Assembly: GCF_006345805.1 (NCBI RefSeq)
Contig: NC_043006.1
Span: 55,056,001 to 55,120,000 of the forward strand
From: Octopus sinensis
Taxonomy: Eukaryota
Direction: 5' to 3'
Length of the DNA stretch: 64,000 bases
Shown: positions 26,776-41,255 of the stretch, piece after piece
Layout of the letters: each line of letters begins with the position of its first letter
Numbering within the stretch: position 1 is the first letter of the stretch
Translations under genes and position numbers: made by a program
Notes under the pieces: model-generated
What the model was told of the DNA's origin: nothing
The model's input: the letters and a program-made list of their open reading frames with translations, nothing else
The model's database searches: none

Positions 26776-28199
26776 GTGTTCATATCTGATATATACACAG
26801 GCATGTGTATATGTTCATGTGTAGTCATTATATATTTGTACAACTTCAGTTTACAATGTGTGCTATTAAGAATTTTTTTATAAATAAAAAGTTGAGTAAA
26901 AGGAGTTTTGCAAAATGTCTTCCATGGTGCAAAAACTGTAGAGTTACAAATATAATAAACCAATGCTTTCTTATACTGCTAATAGGAATCTATATCCTTG
27001 TGTGTGTGTGTTTGTGCATTAATGTTTATTCTATACCATTCATATATCTGTGTCTTGTCAGTTCATCTCCTGTATTATAGCATTTCACATTCACCATTCA
27101 TAACTTTGCTGAATCCATTTATGCTGTTTTTCTTTTCTTTTTGCCTTGTGCTCTTTGTTTTGACTTTGAAACCAATTACTGTATTAACTGATTTACCTTT
27201 GCAGTACACCTTTGCTCAACATTCTGAAGCGTTTATAGGAGACTTTATGATTATATGTCTGCATGTGTGAGTAGACACACATATATGTATATATATATGT
27301 GTGTGTGTGTGTGTGTATGTATATGTCAAAGTGTAAATTGGGAAAGATTCAGCTGTTATTTTAAGTAGTTTGAGAATGTCTTCAGTACCAAATCTGAGTG
27401 CCCAGGTTTGACATTGGGATGAACAAAAACGTCAACAACAAACTCTTAGCAACTACAGTTGATTCAACATCATATTAGCAACATTCTTGCGTCTGTGTGT
27501 TTATCTGTGTGTGTGTGTGTATGTGTGCATAGGTTATGTATTAATGTGTATGCTTGTGTCTGTGTCTCCTGCTCTCTCAATGTTTTTATCTCTTTTTTAC
27601 CTCTTGCTCTTTATCTGTCTTTATGTGTGTTCAGTGCTAAGATTCAGAAATGTGTTTATGTTTACTTAGTTTGTGTCTATTGCTTTTCCCTCTTGTTTTC
27701 TTCTTTGTCTGACTCTCACAAACTTATCTCATTTTATGAATTATATAGACGTGTATGTGTATTTATCTCGCCATCTATCTTTGTTTCATGTTATCTCTCT
27801 CTATGTATGCATACACATAGGTTAGTATGTTTGCATATGTATGTATGTGCAGAATTTCGTGCAAGTTCATTGAAAGAAGCACCCATGTATACATGGAGCA
27901 ATATCAGCTCTGCTGTGTCAACAGGATTTTATGTTCTGGTATTCGCTGTTGCCAAAATTTCTAAAGAATCACCGCACAGTGTTTTTTTAATAGAAAATTA
28001 AGGATGCATACTATCTTTAATAAAAAGATTATTAACTTGAACACTGTTGTACTTTCTATACAACACACATACACACACACACACACACACAAAAGAAATG
28101 AAAGTGTGTGTATGTGTATATATATAGATGTGTGTGTGTGTGTATATATATACATATATAAATAGATGTGTGTATTTTTCCCTTGTTAACAATTAACAC

Positions 28200-29080
28200 G
28201 GAAGAAATAGATAAATAGTTACTAGGGTAGCAAAAAATCACACAAGTAAAAAGGTTGTAACCCCTTGTTTTTAAAGGTAGAAACTCTGGGTTTATGTGAA
28301 ATATTTTGTATAATATATATAACCAAGTAAATGGAGTTAAATGCAGGTGTTATTCAAATTCTTTTACTTCCGACACATATTTCGAAGATATCACTGGTAT
28401 TATTTCAAAGGAATAAAATGGTGTAAAACAATGTAATCTTCTCTTCAGGGAAATGAAGAAATGAAACTCGTCAATAAGACATTTTAACAGAAAATGATGG
28501 ATATGTATAGTGATTAACTGAACACTATTAAGTTTGTTTTAAAAAACGTATGAGGATATAACGTCAAAGATAGCCTATAGAAAGAGAGGTGGGTAGATGA
28601 AAGAAGAAACCAAATAAATGAGAAGTATATAATGATTTGTATATTAAATAAAACCCTATAGTCTTAGAAAAAGATATATCTAGTGAATGTCAAATGTAAG
28701 AAAAAAATTGTTTAAATTATATATAATGATAAATATCACTTATATGAACTAAAGGTGTGTTTCTTCCAATGTTTACATCGGTATGCACACGCTATAACAG
28801 TGTTTACAAGGGGATTTTTAGAAAAAGAATAAAAGATAGTTCAGAATTCCTTGCCTTTATCATAAGGTATTGAAATTGAAAGAATCAACCAATCTAAATT
28901 AAATTGTTTATTGTGGTCTTTTAGATGCCAAATTAATTCAAGCCCTGTACTGTTACGTTTATTCCTATACCTAAATGTAAAGTAATGATTAGAAATTCTT
29001 TTGGATAATTGAGAAGATGAACTGCCTATATAAAAAAAATACTTCATTACCAGAAGTAATTTTGCACTGGTATATAGAAT
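28200..29080 (-). mobile_element. Penelope-like element 3' fragment (GIY-YIG endonuclease C-terminus plus 3' non-coding region), decayed
   Basis: YIGSSSSQLSKRISNHYFTFRYRNKRNSTGL..IWHLKDHNKQFNLDWLILSISIPYDKG, continuing ...LVNTVI...RCKHWKKHTF. This matches the PLE GIY-YIG pattern (YIG..R..NH...NST.LS..IW.LK...W.IL...Y). A hammerhead motif lies downstream. Confidence 0.8.
28367..28453 (-). ncRNA. Type-I hammerhead ribozyme motif in the 3' region of a Penelope-like element
   Basis: Minus strand: UUUCC CUGAAGA GAAGAU-(46 nt)-AUCUUC GAAA UAUGUG UC^ GGAAG. The catalytic core is canonical, stem II has 6 bp, stem I has 5 bp and stem III is weak. It sits about 300 nt downstream of the GIY-YIG coding remnant. 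Confidence 0.7.
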
Positions 29081-29089
29081 TTTTATTTT

Positions 29090-29660
29090 AGAGTTACTTG
29101 ACATAAACTTGTGGCCAGTAGAAAAAGACACAGCAGGTGTTCTGCATTTGCATGCCAGAATTCATCTCCACAATTCAGATGGCTATGTGAAGCTGCTGGA
29201 GACTGTGGTCAATTGCTGTCTGGAGAGGGTTGTTGCTAGAAGACCATATGTATGGCAGCAGGATTCAGCTCCTTGCCATGCTTTTGGAAAGAGTCACAAT
29301 GACTTCTCCAGCCCCAAGTTTCTGGCTTCCTAATTCCTCCAATTGTTATCCCATGGATTACTATGTATGGGGTGTGGTTGAGAAAAATACCAACCACTTT
29401 GCCTGCAATATGAAGGCTGAGCTGGTGGCCAAGATGAAGGAGGTGTTTGAAGATCTTCCTAGGGACACAGTGAGGAATGCATGTGTCAGGTTCTGGACTC
29501 ATTTTAAGGTTGTGGTGGATGCTGAGGGTGGGTGGATACTTTGTGCAAATGGTCATCTCCCGGCTATAATCTAGTTGATATGTTTTAATTTTTTTAAATA
29601 CTTTATTTTGAGATGGGATATTGTGTTTTCTATTCCTTTTATGCATACTGTTAAATTTAG
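29090..29660 (+). mobile_element. Tc1/mariner-superfamily transposase C-terminal fragment
   Basis: YVWQQDSAPCH and WLPNSSNCYPMDYYVWGVVE...ELVAKMKEVF...VRNAC.RF....VVDAEGG (equivalent to WPPNSPD.NP.DY.VWG). Confidence 0.8.
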
Positions 29661-32600
29661 CCCAAACACTGTGTGTGTGTGTATTACAAACTTATATGTA
29701 TGCGAGGGTAACAACCTGGCCTGCTGATCATCATATGGTTTTTATTTCAAATCTTGCATTAGTTGTTTCCCTATTGTTTTGCTTGTTAATTTACCTGATG
29801 TCAAAAGTTATTTTACAATTAACTGTTTAATAATAGGAAAGAGCAGATATTCAAGTGTTTAAGTAGTTGATGCTGCAATGATATGCCGACATCTATACTT
29901 GCACAAACTACCCAACCTGTTGCTCTTTTGAGGAAAATAGATATGCAAAGTTTCTAAAGTTCTTAATTACATAGTGAGTTGGTAAACTGGGGTGAATATA
30001 AAAATATAGCAACTGATGTTAAAGAGCTGATTTACTCGATTCCATAGTCATGAATTCATGCCTACTAATGCTGTTTTCTTGTGTCCATAGGCAATATGAT
30101 TATGCCTGCTTGCCTTTGCTGTAATGGCTATAAATTGTACATCTAAAATCATGAACCTACTAAAAATTGCAGCCATGTCACTGTTAAGAAGTCTCTAACA
30201 TCTTAAAAAGAAGGAGAAAAAAAAAATGACATTAGGCAGCATAGTTCTGGATATACAAGAAGATAGGATGGTCACAACTGGTATGATGTTGATCATAGGT
30301 TTGGACTAAACAGCAACAAAATACTTTACTCAGATTTAAAAACCAATTGTTCTGAGTACATCTGTGTATCAAAATCAATAATTACAAATCTATATGCATT
30401 TGTGCCCCAATGGATACACATATGTATGCCCATGAGTGCTGAACATACATTTTGTTTTTGATGTGCATCAAAATAAACACTAATATACACAGCATGCAAT
30501 ATATTACATGCGTAACATCAGCAACAGTAAATGATCCAGTGGGAGCTGTATGCAGTTGTTCAACCTTTTTAGATATAACAGCTACATCTTCCTCAAACTG
30601 TATCTGTCTTTAAAAAAGGAACACTTTGGACACTATAACTCTGGATATATAAAGGAATAAGGCTGGAACATTTTTGATTATAGATTTGCTTTATCAAGAC
30701 TAACTTAGTGCTTAGCATCCAAGATAACAACAATATATGATATGGATAATTTTCTGTATAAATTTGAAATTATCTTGAATTACTGAACAGTAATTCATTC
30801 TTGGTCTTTTTGCATGAGATAGTAGCTACTATTTGATGTCTGTAAATTATCAACTTCTCACTTCTTGGGTTATGACTTTAAGTGCCACTGCTAAGCATTT
30901 TGTTGGCATCACTAAGCAAGACAATTCAACATACTTCATAATAAAATTTGGTGCTACTGTGCCTTTCTAGTAAAGTTATGTTATAGACGATCATTCTTTT
31001 CAGAAAGAAATTTGCTTCTCATCTGCTTAATATGAGAAGAATTTAGTTATGAGTATTTGTTTGTGAATACTTGTGGTTTATTGAATAATGAAGGAATGAT
31101 TCAAGGAAACTATTTCCAATGATGGTAGTGTTCATTGCCAGATAGACATTATGGTAGTGAAAAGATAATTTAGGATTAATTCACTATTTAGGAATAGCAT
31201 TTAAAAATTTTTTTCTTTTTATATGTTAAACTGTTTCTAATCTTTGTGCCAACAATATTGAGTTTTGGAGTTGTTCTATTTCATTATTTTATATATTTTA
31301 AAATTAGAATTATTTTCTTTTACTCAGCAATTAAATCAGCTTTTTCTGTATTGATTTGTCTGTATTTTTGTACTGGTTCTTTTTGATGTTTGGTATTGAT
31401 TGAATTTTTCAGCATCACTTCTGCTCTATGATGCAATGGGGTGAAGAGATGTGTCTGTTGCTTCAACTCTCTACTCATCAAGTGCTACCTGTTTTATTGT
31501 CAGATCTGTTTGAAGTTGGTGAAACTAGGGTACCTTTGTAGCTAGTAGAGCAAAACATTAATTTTACAGGTAGATCAGGTTGTCTAGATAATCTATGTAT
31601 GGATAGACTAAAGATAGCAGAGTAATGATAGTGTTATTTCTATGAGATAGACAAAATCATTATGTCTTTGGCCTATTATTAGTATAACCATTGAGGGAGC
31701 CTCTGTGTAAACTCAACTTGAAAGAAGTAGCAACTGTATCTCCCTAAAACTACACCCCAATATTTTAGAGAAAGATACATTGGATAATGTAGTAAGATAC
31801 ATTTGATAATTGTATATGAAAAGGTGGCATGGTCTTATCTTTGAATATAAGTAAGTTGGCCACATCAGAGCTGACTCAGGGCTAAAAACTACAGCAGAAA
31901 TAACAATGATTCTCTGGGATTCATACAGGTGAATGGAGAAAGTATTGGGCTCTCTGCTTGTAGGTTGAAGTTAAAGAAATTTGTTGTTTCTGAACTGAAC
32001 ACTTTATTCTACATAAACTCAATTGACCAAGCTGTCAGGATCATCTGAGGATGTTGGTAACCTGAGATAAACAGGCATCATTTGATGTCTCTCCTCTATT
32101 GTGAAACCATATATTCCCTAGGTCTTCAAAATCACCTTAAAAATTTATATTTTAATTAATTTTTTTTTATCATAAGTATTTTAGTAAGCAATATCTTATC
32201 CAACTATTTAAGATGTTTGGCAGTTGAGCGAACTCCTAATCAGATACCAATGATTGTATACATTGTATGGGGTGAAAATTTGAGTTATTCAGTATATACT
32301 GAATGGCCTTCTTACTATTGACCTCTCATTTGTCATATAAAATAGATAGCTAAACATAAAAGCTCATTCTGGAGTAAAGAGGGCTTGATGGAAGAATTTT
32401 TTGGATTACTATTTAGATGTAAAGACTGAAATATTTATTTGTTTGAGATAGAAATGTGCTTGATTTATGATGTGAAATGAAACTCTTCAAAAATCTTTGA
32501 GCAATTAAAAATGTGGCTTACTGTTGAAAGGTGACATATATTCAGATTTCTTCGTCAAATGTAATGCTTATTCATTCACATTGGTTTGAATTAATTATAC

Positions 32601-32832
32601 ATTATCTCTTAGCTTTGAGATTTCAATGGCATCTCTTTATTTTTAGAATGACACTGTAGGGTAGGTATGAGAGGCCAAATCTGGCTGGTTTGAACATATA
32701 ACACATGTAGAATATTGGGGGCTGATATGGTCAGCTGAAATGTTAAAGGGTTAATACCTTGCCACTAGTGTTTTGTATCTCTCAGTATGACGTTTTTATT
32801 TACTAACTCTAGGGATGATTGAGTAGTGTTAA

Positions 32833-33047
32833 CCCTTTCGTTACTGTATTTATTTTGAGATGCTCTGTTTTTCTTTCAATTACTTTAAATATAACAAAGA
32901 ATTTTTGTAAAATAACTTAGTCATCATTCAGCTAGTGTTAGGAACATAAATTGTGACTAAGGTTTGGTGGAAGATTTTAATTGAAAACTTATGAAAACAA
33001 GACATTTGTACTCAGAGCCAGTTTATGCTGGGTTGGTAACAAAAGGG
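32833..33047. mobile_element. piggyBac-type MITE
   Basis: TTAA|CCCTTTCGTTAC ... GTAACAAAAGGG|TTAA: terminal inverted repeats with a TTAA target-site duplication. Confidence 0.8.
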
Positions 33048-36000
33048 TTAAGGATGGCATTCAATTACTACAGAAGTTTATCAAAATGTCTTGAAAATGT
33101 AGAATACAAACTTCTGTTTAGTAGTAAATATATGGTTTTATTTTAGGTCAACAATTTTGCAGATCAACAAGTTTGCTTATCCCTACTTTTCTTAACACCT
33201 GCTACCTCTTAGAACAGTTTTAGCTTAGGTCTTTCTGTTGTTGTGCATCTTAAGATACAAGCTGTTCAAGACTATTTTATTCAGAACAGACTGGTGTTAA
33301 TTTACCCCCAGATAGTTCTTTTATTGCTTCATTAATAGTCTCCAATTCATATTTCTTAAGAAACCTGATAAGTCACCCTTCCTCCCTATTGCTATTTTAG
33401 TTTTCGAAGCTTGGCCTCATTTCTTGTTTGTTTCATAAAACTCCTTTGAATTGCAACTGCTGCTGTTCATTGCAAATTCTCTCTCTAATTCATTGATGCT
33501 ATTAATGATACAAAATATATATGCACATCAAATATTCAGTTTCCTTATGACTTAAATTATAATTTTTTTTCAAATTCACTATAGAAATGATTATTATTAT
33601 TGATTCTCTTTTTGAAGCATTCTACTGAAAAACCTTATTGTTTATTTACGAAAAAGGTTTAAGTGTGCTTAATATTTTCAACTACAAGTTAAAAGACTTA
33701 GCTGCTTTTATTAGATTACGTTAGTTATTTGAGCTATACACATGACAGTAAGTTTTAGACAGCTGGTATAAGACTTTGAAGTTAACATACACATATTAGT
33801 ATCTTGTAAAGAGACACATGCTCAGTTATCTTTTCTGTTATTATAGCAAGTATTTACATTTTTTTTTTTTCAGAATTTTGTGTTTTACTAAGAATATAAG
33901 TTGATTGAATGTGACTTTCACAGGCTTAATCTCTCTCTACATAAAATTCTTTGTCTTTCTGTCTGTTCCCTATGCATTCTCAAATGGCTCCACTAAATCA
34001 AATCAAATTTTACAAGGTAATAGTATTACACCCCGCGAGTGTGAACATGTAATTTTTTTCATTTGGATTGAAACAATATAACATTTTCTTGAAAATAATC
34101 TTTCTATAATCAACTATAGTAATGGACATTTTATACCACGACGATATCATCACATTTTGTATATGCGTATGTAGGTGTCTGTTTGTGTGTATGTGTTTGT
34201 GTGTTTGTTATGTATGAGATAGTAAAGGACATTTTATACCACGATGATGATGACATGTCTCTATCATTCTCTCTTCATTCTGTCAACTATTATGTGTAGC
34301 GTTTACTGTTGTAATATCTGGTACCAAAAAAATTATTACAGCTACTTTCATTGTTTACAATCTTCTGTACCAGCGTATTTGTGTACACCAATGCATAAAT
34401 AAAATGTTAGAAACACTGAAGGGTCAAACAAAAACAGTGTACCTGTGTATTTGTGTATCAATAAATAAACATGTTGTAATGATTTCTGGTACCAAAAAGA
34501 CTATTACAGCTACTTTCATTGATTACAATTTTCTGTACCGGTGTATTTGTCATCATCATCATCATCATTTAATGTCCGCTTTCCATGGCCGATTTGACTG
34601 AGAACTGGCGAACCAGATAGCTGCACCAGGCTCGCCTAGAAGGAAGGTTTCAAATTTCACTACAAGCAAAGAGTACTGTGTTAAGGCTATGAGTTTATAA
34701 CCTGAGTGAAACGGGGTCCTTCTGCTTGTAATAAAAATAACAATAAACTTATTATTTCAAGAACATAAAAAAAAGCAGTTATATTCTGAATAAAACCTTT
34801 GTTATGAAGAAGATATTTGTGTTTTCCTAATGAAACTTTAATTTGAATAAGGTTGTTTATTTATAGTCGAGTAGAACTTCTGGTCTTGAAGTCAGGCAAT
34901 GCTGGTTAAACCAAACATGGAACTGCAGTGATTTCAATCTACTTTTGAAATTTAGCAAGTTATTGCTTGAACAATACTAATGTTTACAGTGATTTTACTA
35001 TAGTTTAACTGACTTTAAACTATTATTAGATTGCTTGGAGTGCAGATTTGATTTATATCATTGGGCTGTGTGTACACTTGAAATTATTTCCATCCCATGC
35101 CAATTTGTAGGTTAACAGTTATGGAACTAATAGTGCTGATGATAACATGTTGCTATATGTTAGTAGAGTAGGTAGCATTGTTCACTAGTTGTTAACAGCA
35201 GTACATCTACAGTCGGTGGATGTATAATATTTAGATAAGAAAAACTAAGGAAAGTTCTATACTGATTATGGGTAACTTTGGTTCCTGCTAAAAGACTTTG
35301 GATTAAACTTTAAAAAACTGGTATCAATTTGTTGAAATCAATCTTCTTATTGAGAATGTGCTGAGTAACGGATTTGTTGTTGCTGTTAACCCTTTTTTGA
35401 CTATAAATGTAACCAAAAACGTTGCCTCATCATCATACTTACTGTTTTTCCATCATTGAATGGGTCAGATAGGATTCCATAACAGATTTTCAATGGCTAG
35501 ATGCTCTCTTTGTTGCTAACCCATACCTGCCTCCAATCAAGGTTAATAGATCCCCATGGCCAGCCATGCTTTCATAGAAAATTGGAAATGAATGACATTG
35601 TTTGTATGATGGTATGGCATTTATTTACAGCTGTTGCTTGATATCAAAACAAGGAGACACTAACATACACATGTACACGCATGATGGGCTTTTTCATCTA
35701 CCAAATTCATTCATAAGGCTTTGGTTGGCTCTGAGACTTTAGTAGAAGATACTTGCTCAAAGTTCCTTACTGTGGGAATTAATCCAAAACCATGTGGTTA
35801 GGAAGTAAACTTCTTAAATTGCACAGACATGCTTCCACCTATATCTTTCAGTTAACTTTCGAAATAATCATGAATCATGTATTAGTTAAATAATGCTAAT
35901 TTTTTTTAACCATCAGCATATGAAGCTAGTAATTCTAACATGAAATTTGGTACTTCTAATTACTTGATAAACAATAGGTATGTGATTTGAGTTCTGTGAG

Positions 36001-38139
36001 TGAGCCTGTGCTCTGGAATTGGGTTTTTTTTTATCAGCAAATGGTTTTGAAGTTTATTTTGCAGCTGTGTGGGTTCAGGTTTGGTCTCCTTACATGGTGC
36101 CTTGGATTAGAGCCTTCTACCATAGCCTCAATCAACAAGGACCTTGTTAGAGAAATATGGTAGGTAAACACTATATGAAAGCTTATTCAAGGGATTGTTT
36201 CTGTTCTTGGATGGGGAACTTAATCTGTTGTCTGGTTTATCATCGCCATCTAGTCCTTGGGTGAATTTAACAGGTTGCCAGTCTGATGATAATTTCTTTC
36301 CTTCTTGCCACCAACCTCAGTGTTCCAAGGCTTAGTTCTTCCTCTGACTAAGCCATAACTCTCTCTTTCAAATACAACCAGGTATTTCTTATATAAAATT
36401 ATGATGGGATTTTTACCATGTAATACAAATCGTCATCATCATCATCATCATCACAATTTTACTCAGCTTTTTCCTTGTTGGTAAGGGTTGTAAGAATACT
36501 GCTTTTTGAGGCCTTCATGCTACCAGTTCTTGTTTTCAAATAAAGTAATGTTTTTATTCCACCCAATTTTGCATGGCAAACTACTAATTTGCAGGACATA
36601 AGCAAATGCCACTGCTGCTCAAGCAAAGACATGCTGAGACAAACACCTGTACATGCAACATAGGCTTCTGTGTAGTTTGTTTCCAGCAGAATTTATTTCC
36701 CATGGCATTGGTCAGCTTATAGTAGAAGTCACTTGCCTCAGATGTTATGCAATGGGATAAAATTTGTAACTGTGTGATTGCAAAGTGAACTTCTCAGCAT
36801 ACTGTCCTTAATTAAGATGTTATGTTATTATAATTGATTTAGTAACATAGAACTATGGATGTTCTGTAGAGATGACTATAGTCAACTAAACAAAGTATTA
36901 ATATTTATAGTAATAGCTAATAGCCATTATATTTTTATTGTTAGGCTATGTTTACCTTAACTCTTTTGTGACTAAAAGCACTGATGTTGGTGCCACATAA
37001 AAAGCACCCAGTACACATTGTGAAGTGGTTGGTGTTAGAAAGGGCATCCAGCCATAGAAGCCATAACAAAAACTTTTAGTAAAATAGCTTTGTCATTATT
37101 AAGCTGGTTTTTAGAACTTAAACTATCATGAAATTCTGATGGAATGTTTTAATTTAGATCACTTTAAAACAAGAAGTTTGTTTCATAGATCCATAGAGTT
37201 TGTATCAAGGAGCCTTAGGTGGGTTGATATCAGAAGGCTTAAGGGAGATCTGACTTCTAGATGGGATTTGTTGAATGACTACAGAAATTCTCTTGTTGTC
37301 ATGGGAACATTGAAATAGTTAATAATCTATCAGAGATCTTTAATTCTTGAAGCCATATTTGTGTTATTGATTACCTGCATGATATATTTTACTGAATATT
37401 TGAATATGCACCATTAACTTTTATCACATATTTGAATTTTCATTCTCTCTTTTACTCTCCCTCTTATTGTGTCACTTCTGTCTTTTCTCTCATTGCTAAA
37501 CACCAGATCACTTAACTCTGCTCACCAACACTACCATGTAGTCTCTCTCTCTCTCTCTGAAAATCAGACTCAGACAGACACAGCTGGCCTAGGCACATGC
37601 CAGGCAAACAGGTTCCACATCTACTCTGTGGTGCTCAGTAGCCGGAAGAGCATTCAGCTGTAAAATTAATTGGTTCCAAAAGTTGAAAAATATCGAAGTT
37701 GTATAAAAAAAAAGGTACTATACAACGGCGGTGCATCAGCATGGCCGCAGCTTTGAGCTGAAACAAGAAATAAAAAAAATATGTAGGCTAGCTTGAAAAA
37801 TGGCAGTAGCCCCCTCCCTGACAAACAAAATGATTTAACTTCTTTTGTTTTGTAAATAAAACAATTTAACTTGTTTTGCATTTATTAGTTGTTAAATTTC
37901 TCTTTAAAACAAGTGTAAACTTTGAACACACAGTTTATGATTTGTCTGACTGGAATGACTAGAAGTATTATGGTAATAGATGTTGTCAGTTTGGCTTATG
38001 CAGGATATCTCATCCATCAATGCCGGTTATTGTTTAATACACTGACTAAATCATGTATTGGACAGTCACTTGCCTCACTTTTGAACTGGTTCATTGAATT
38101 ATTTCTAATTGGTTTCTATACCACTCAATAATAATAACA

Positions 38140-38760
38140 ATGGTTTCAAATTTTGGTACAAGGCCAGCAATTTCGGGGGAGGGAGTAAGTTGATTACATC
38201 AACTCCAGAAATCAACTGGTACTTATTTCATTGACCTTGAAAAGATGAAAGGCAAAACTGATTTCTGTGGCATTTGAACTCAGAACGTAAAGATGGATGA
38301 AATGCCACTGAGCATTTTAATAACAACAGTAATAATAATCCTTTCTATTATAGGCACAAGGCCTGACATTTTGGGAGAGGGGGCTAGTTGATTACATTGA
38401 TCCCAGTGCTCAACTGGTAGTTACTTTATTAACCCCAAAAGGTTGAAAAGCAGAGTCTACCTCGGTGGAATTTGAATTCATAAGAAATAATGCAAAGCAT
38501 TTTGTTTGGTGTGCTAATGAGTTTACCAGCTCATAATGATAATGATGATTTAGATACAAGTTCAGTAATTTGGAGAAAGAATTAGTGGTTTGAATCAACT
38601 TCAGCACTTGACTAGTACTTAATTAAGCCAAGAGGGATGAAAAGTTAAGTTGAACTTGATAGGATTTGAGCTCAGCACAAAAAGAGCTGTAACCAAATAT
38701 TGCAAGGCATTTTGTTTGATGTCTAATGAGTTTGTCGATCTATCATTCTAATAATGATAA
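38140..38760 (-). mobile_element. Three head-to-tail SINE family B copies
   Basis: Units of about 200 bp, each containing a gattacat..cagt..actggtacttat..gaaaggc..tttgaactcag block, separated by (AAT)n spacers. Confidence 0.7.
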
Positions 38761-39639
38761 GTTCCATCCTATATTCTGCAAGAATCCTAAGAAAGATTCT
38801 TGAGATTTGAGGAGACTTATTGTCGTCAAAACTCAAGATAAGATTCTTGCTACTTAAATTAGCATGTACTAGCTTAATTATTATCTTCATCATCATCATC
38901 ATTTAACATCCATTTTCCACACTAGCATGGGTTTGATGGTTTGACATGAGCTGCCCAGACTCCAATTTGTCTGTTTTGGTATGGCTTCTATGGCTGAATG
39001 CCCTTCCTAATGCTAACCACTCCACAGCCTGTACTTGATATTTTTTATGTGGCACCAGCATGGGTGCTTTTTTATGCAGCACTGGCACAAATGCTTTGCG
39101 TGTGGCATGGCATGGGTGCATTTGACTGGTACTGGCATGAGTGCTTCTTACCTGGCATCAGCAATAATGATAATGATAATGATGGTTGTGAAATATTATA
39201 CAGGCACATTGATACAACCCACCCACAGTCCTTTCCTTAAGCCCTCTTTTCCTGATAGAGTTGTAAGGATTCCATTATGGCATACAGCATGTCTTGGGCA
39301 TTTCTAAAACATTGTGCAGCCCATCTGTCTCCAGAACAAACCACAGCTGATTACTTCCAGAACAAGGGAGTGAAAAATCAATTTCAGTACTGGTACTTGC
39401 TGGCCCAGAAGGATGAATGACAAAGTTGGACTTTGTAGGATTTTAACTCGGAGCACAGAGAGCTAAAGTAAATGCCACAAGATATTCTATTTGATACTCT
39501 AACAGTTCTACCATTTCACCAAATATGTGTGTGTGTAATAAGACAGCTTATTAAAAGGATAAATAACATTTAGCAAAGAAAAATGCTAAGTACAACAGAG
39601 ATTCTGAAATAGTATAATAAATAAATATATAATTATAAT

Positions 39640-40460
39640 AATTCCTTCTAATTTTGGTGCAAGGTCAGCAATTTTGAGGGAGTGATAAACTGGTAACATC
39701 AACGTCAGTACTTGACTGGTATTTTATTTTATCAAACCCGAAAGGCTGAGTTGACCATGACGGAATGTAAAGCTGGTAGAAATGCCTGTAAACATTTTGT
39801 TTGATATGCTAACAATCCTGCCTGCTCTCCACCTTTATAATAGTAATAATTCTTTCATCTATGGATACAAGGCCTGAAATTTTGTGGATGGGGACTTGTT
39901 GATTACATCGGTCCCTATGCTTGACTGGTACTTATTGCCTCGATCCCCAAAGGGTGAAAGGCAAAGTTGACCTTGGCAAAATCTGAATCCAGAACATTAA
40001 GATGGATGAAATGCTGCTTAGCATTTTCTCTGGTGTGCTAATGGTTCTGCCAGCTTGCCATCTTTATAATAATCCTTTCTATTATAGGCACAAAGTCTGA
40101 AACTGGAGGAAGGGATAATCGATTACATCAATCCTAGTGTACAATTAATACTTATTTTATCAACCCTGAAAGGATGAAGGGCAAAGTTGACCTCAGCAGG
40201 TTTTGAATTCAGAATGTAATGACAAATAATTATAATAATGGTTTTAAATTTTGTCACAAGGGCAGTCATTTTGGAGGGTACAAGTTGATTACATTGACCC
40301 CAGTGTTTCACTGGTACTTACTTGATTTATTGACTCTGAAAGGATGAAAGGCAGCATCAGCCTCAGCAGAATTTGAACCCAGAATATTGTGATGGGCAAA
40401 ATACTGCTAAGCATTTCAACCAGCATGCTAATGATTCTGTCAGCTCGCCACTTTAATAAT
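39640..40460 (-). mobile_element. Four head-to-tail SINE family B copies
   Basis: Same unit repeated at about 39645, 39855, 40075 and 40240, separated by ataata runs. Confidence 0.7.
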
Positions 40461-41051
40461 AATTATTATAATAATCATTTCTAATACAGGCATAACACCT
40501 GAAATATTTGGCTGGAGGTGAATGATGATGCTGATGATGACGATGATAGTTGTTTTTATATTAATACAATGCCGTTTCAACTATACATATATAAGTCATT
40601 GGTATGTAACTGTTTCTGCTTCAGACATGTAACCATTCATTAATTATAAAGATAAAAAGTATCTTTATATATATGAACTTCCATAATTACTGAAACAGGA
40701 ACAATCTTATCAGCAGTTTCTAAATTTAAAATACCAGATCCATTTTCTTTAGGCTACTTGTTATACGAGCTGGATGTTTTTACTCCCGTAACAGATTAAC
40801 TTTTGTTTAGAGGCTAAATTAAACATGGAGAACTTTAATTCAGCTAAATGTCACACTATACTGTGAACTGGATTCTGAAGAATTACTATCTATTTTAGAA
40901 ATTAGACATTTGGTTTATGTTGTCTTTAAATGGAAGGTCATTATGACCTACAGAAAAATGTTTCAGTGACCAGGTATAGCATGTAGACTAAATGTTGCCA
41001 ATGTTTTTTTTTCTCCTTTTAAATAAATTAAATTATATGTATTTAAAGTAG

Positions 41052-41255
41052 CGAGCTGGCAAAATCGTTAGCATGCCAGACAAAATGCTTAGTGGTATTT
41101 CATTTGTTTTTACATTCTGAGTTCAAATTCCACTGAGGTTGACTTTGCCTTTCATTGAGGTTGATAAAGTAATTACCAGTTGAGTACTGGGGTTGACGTA
41201 ATCAACTTATCACCCTGCCCCCAAAATTGCTGGCCTTGTGCTGGCTGACATGAAT
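41052..41255 (+). mobile_element. SINE family B, older copy
   Basis: gcgagctggcaaaatcgttagcatgccag...gagttcaaattccactgaggttgac aligns to the 52.83 kb copy. Confidence 0.75.

Noticed and set aside
27459-28001. 180-aa hydrophobic ORF
   Set aside because: It arises from TG/TC-rich low-complexity sequence, with no splice context or domain.
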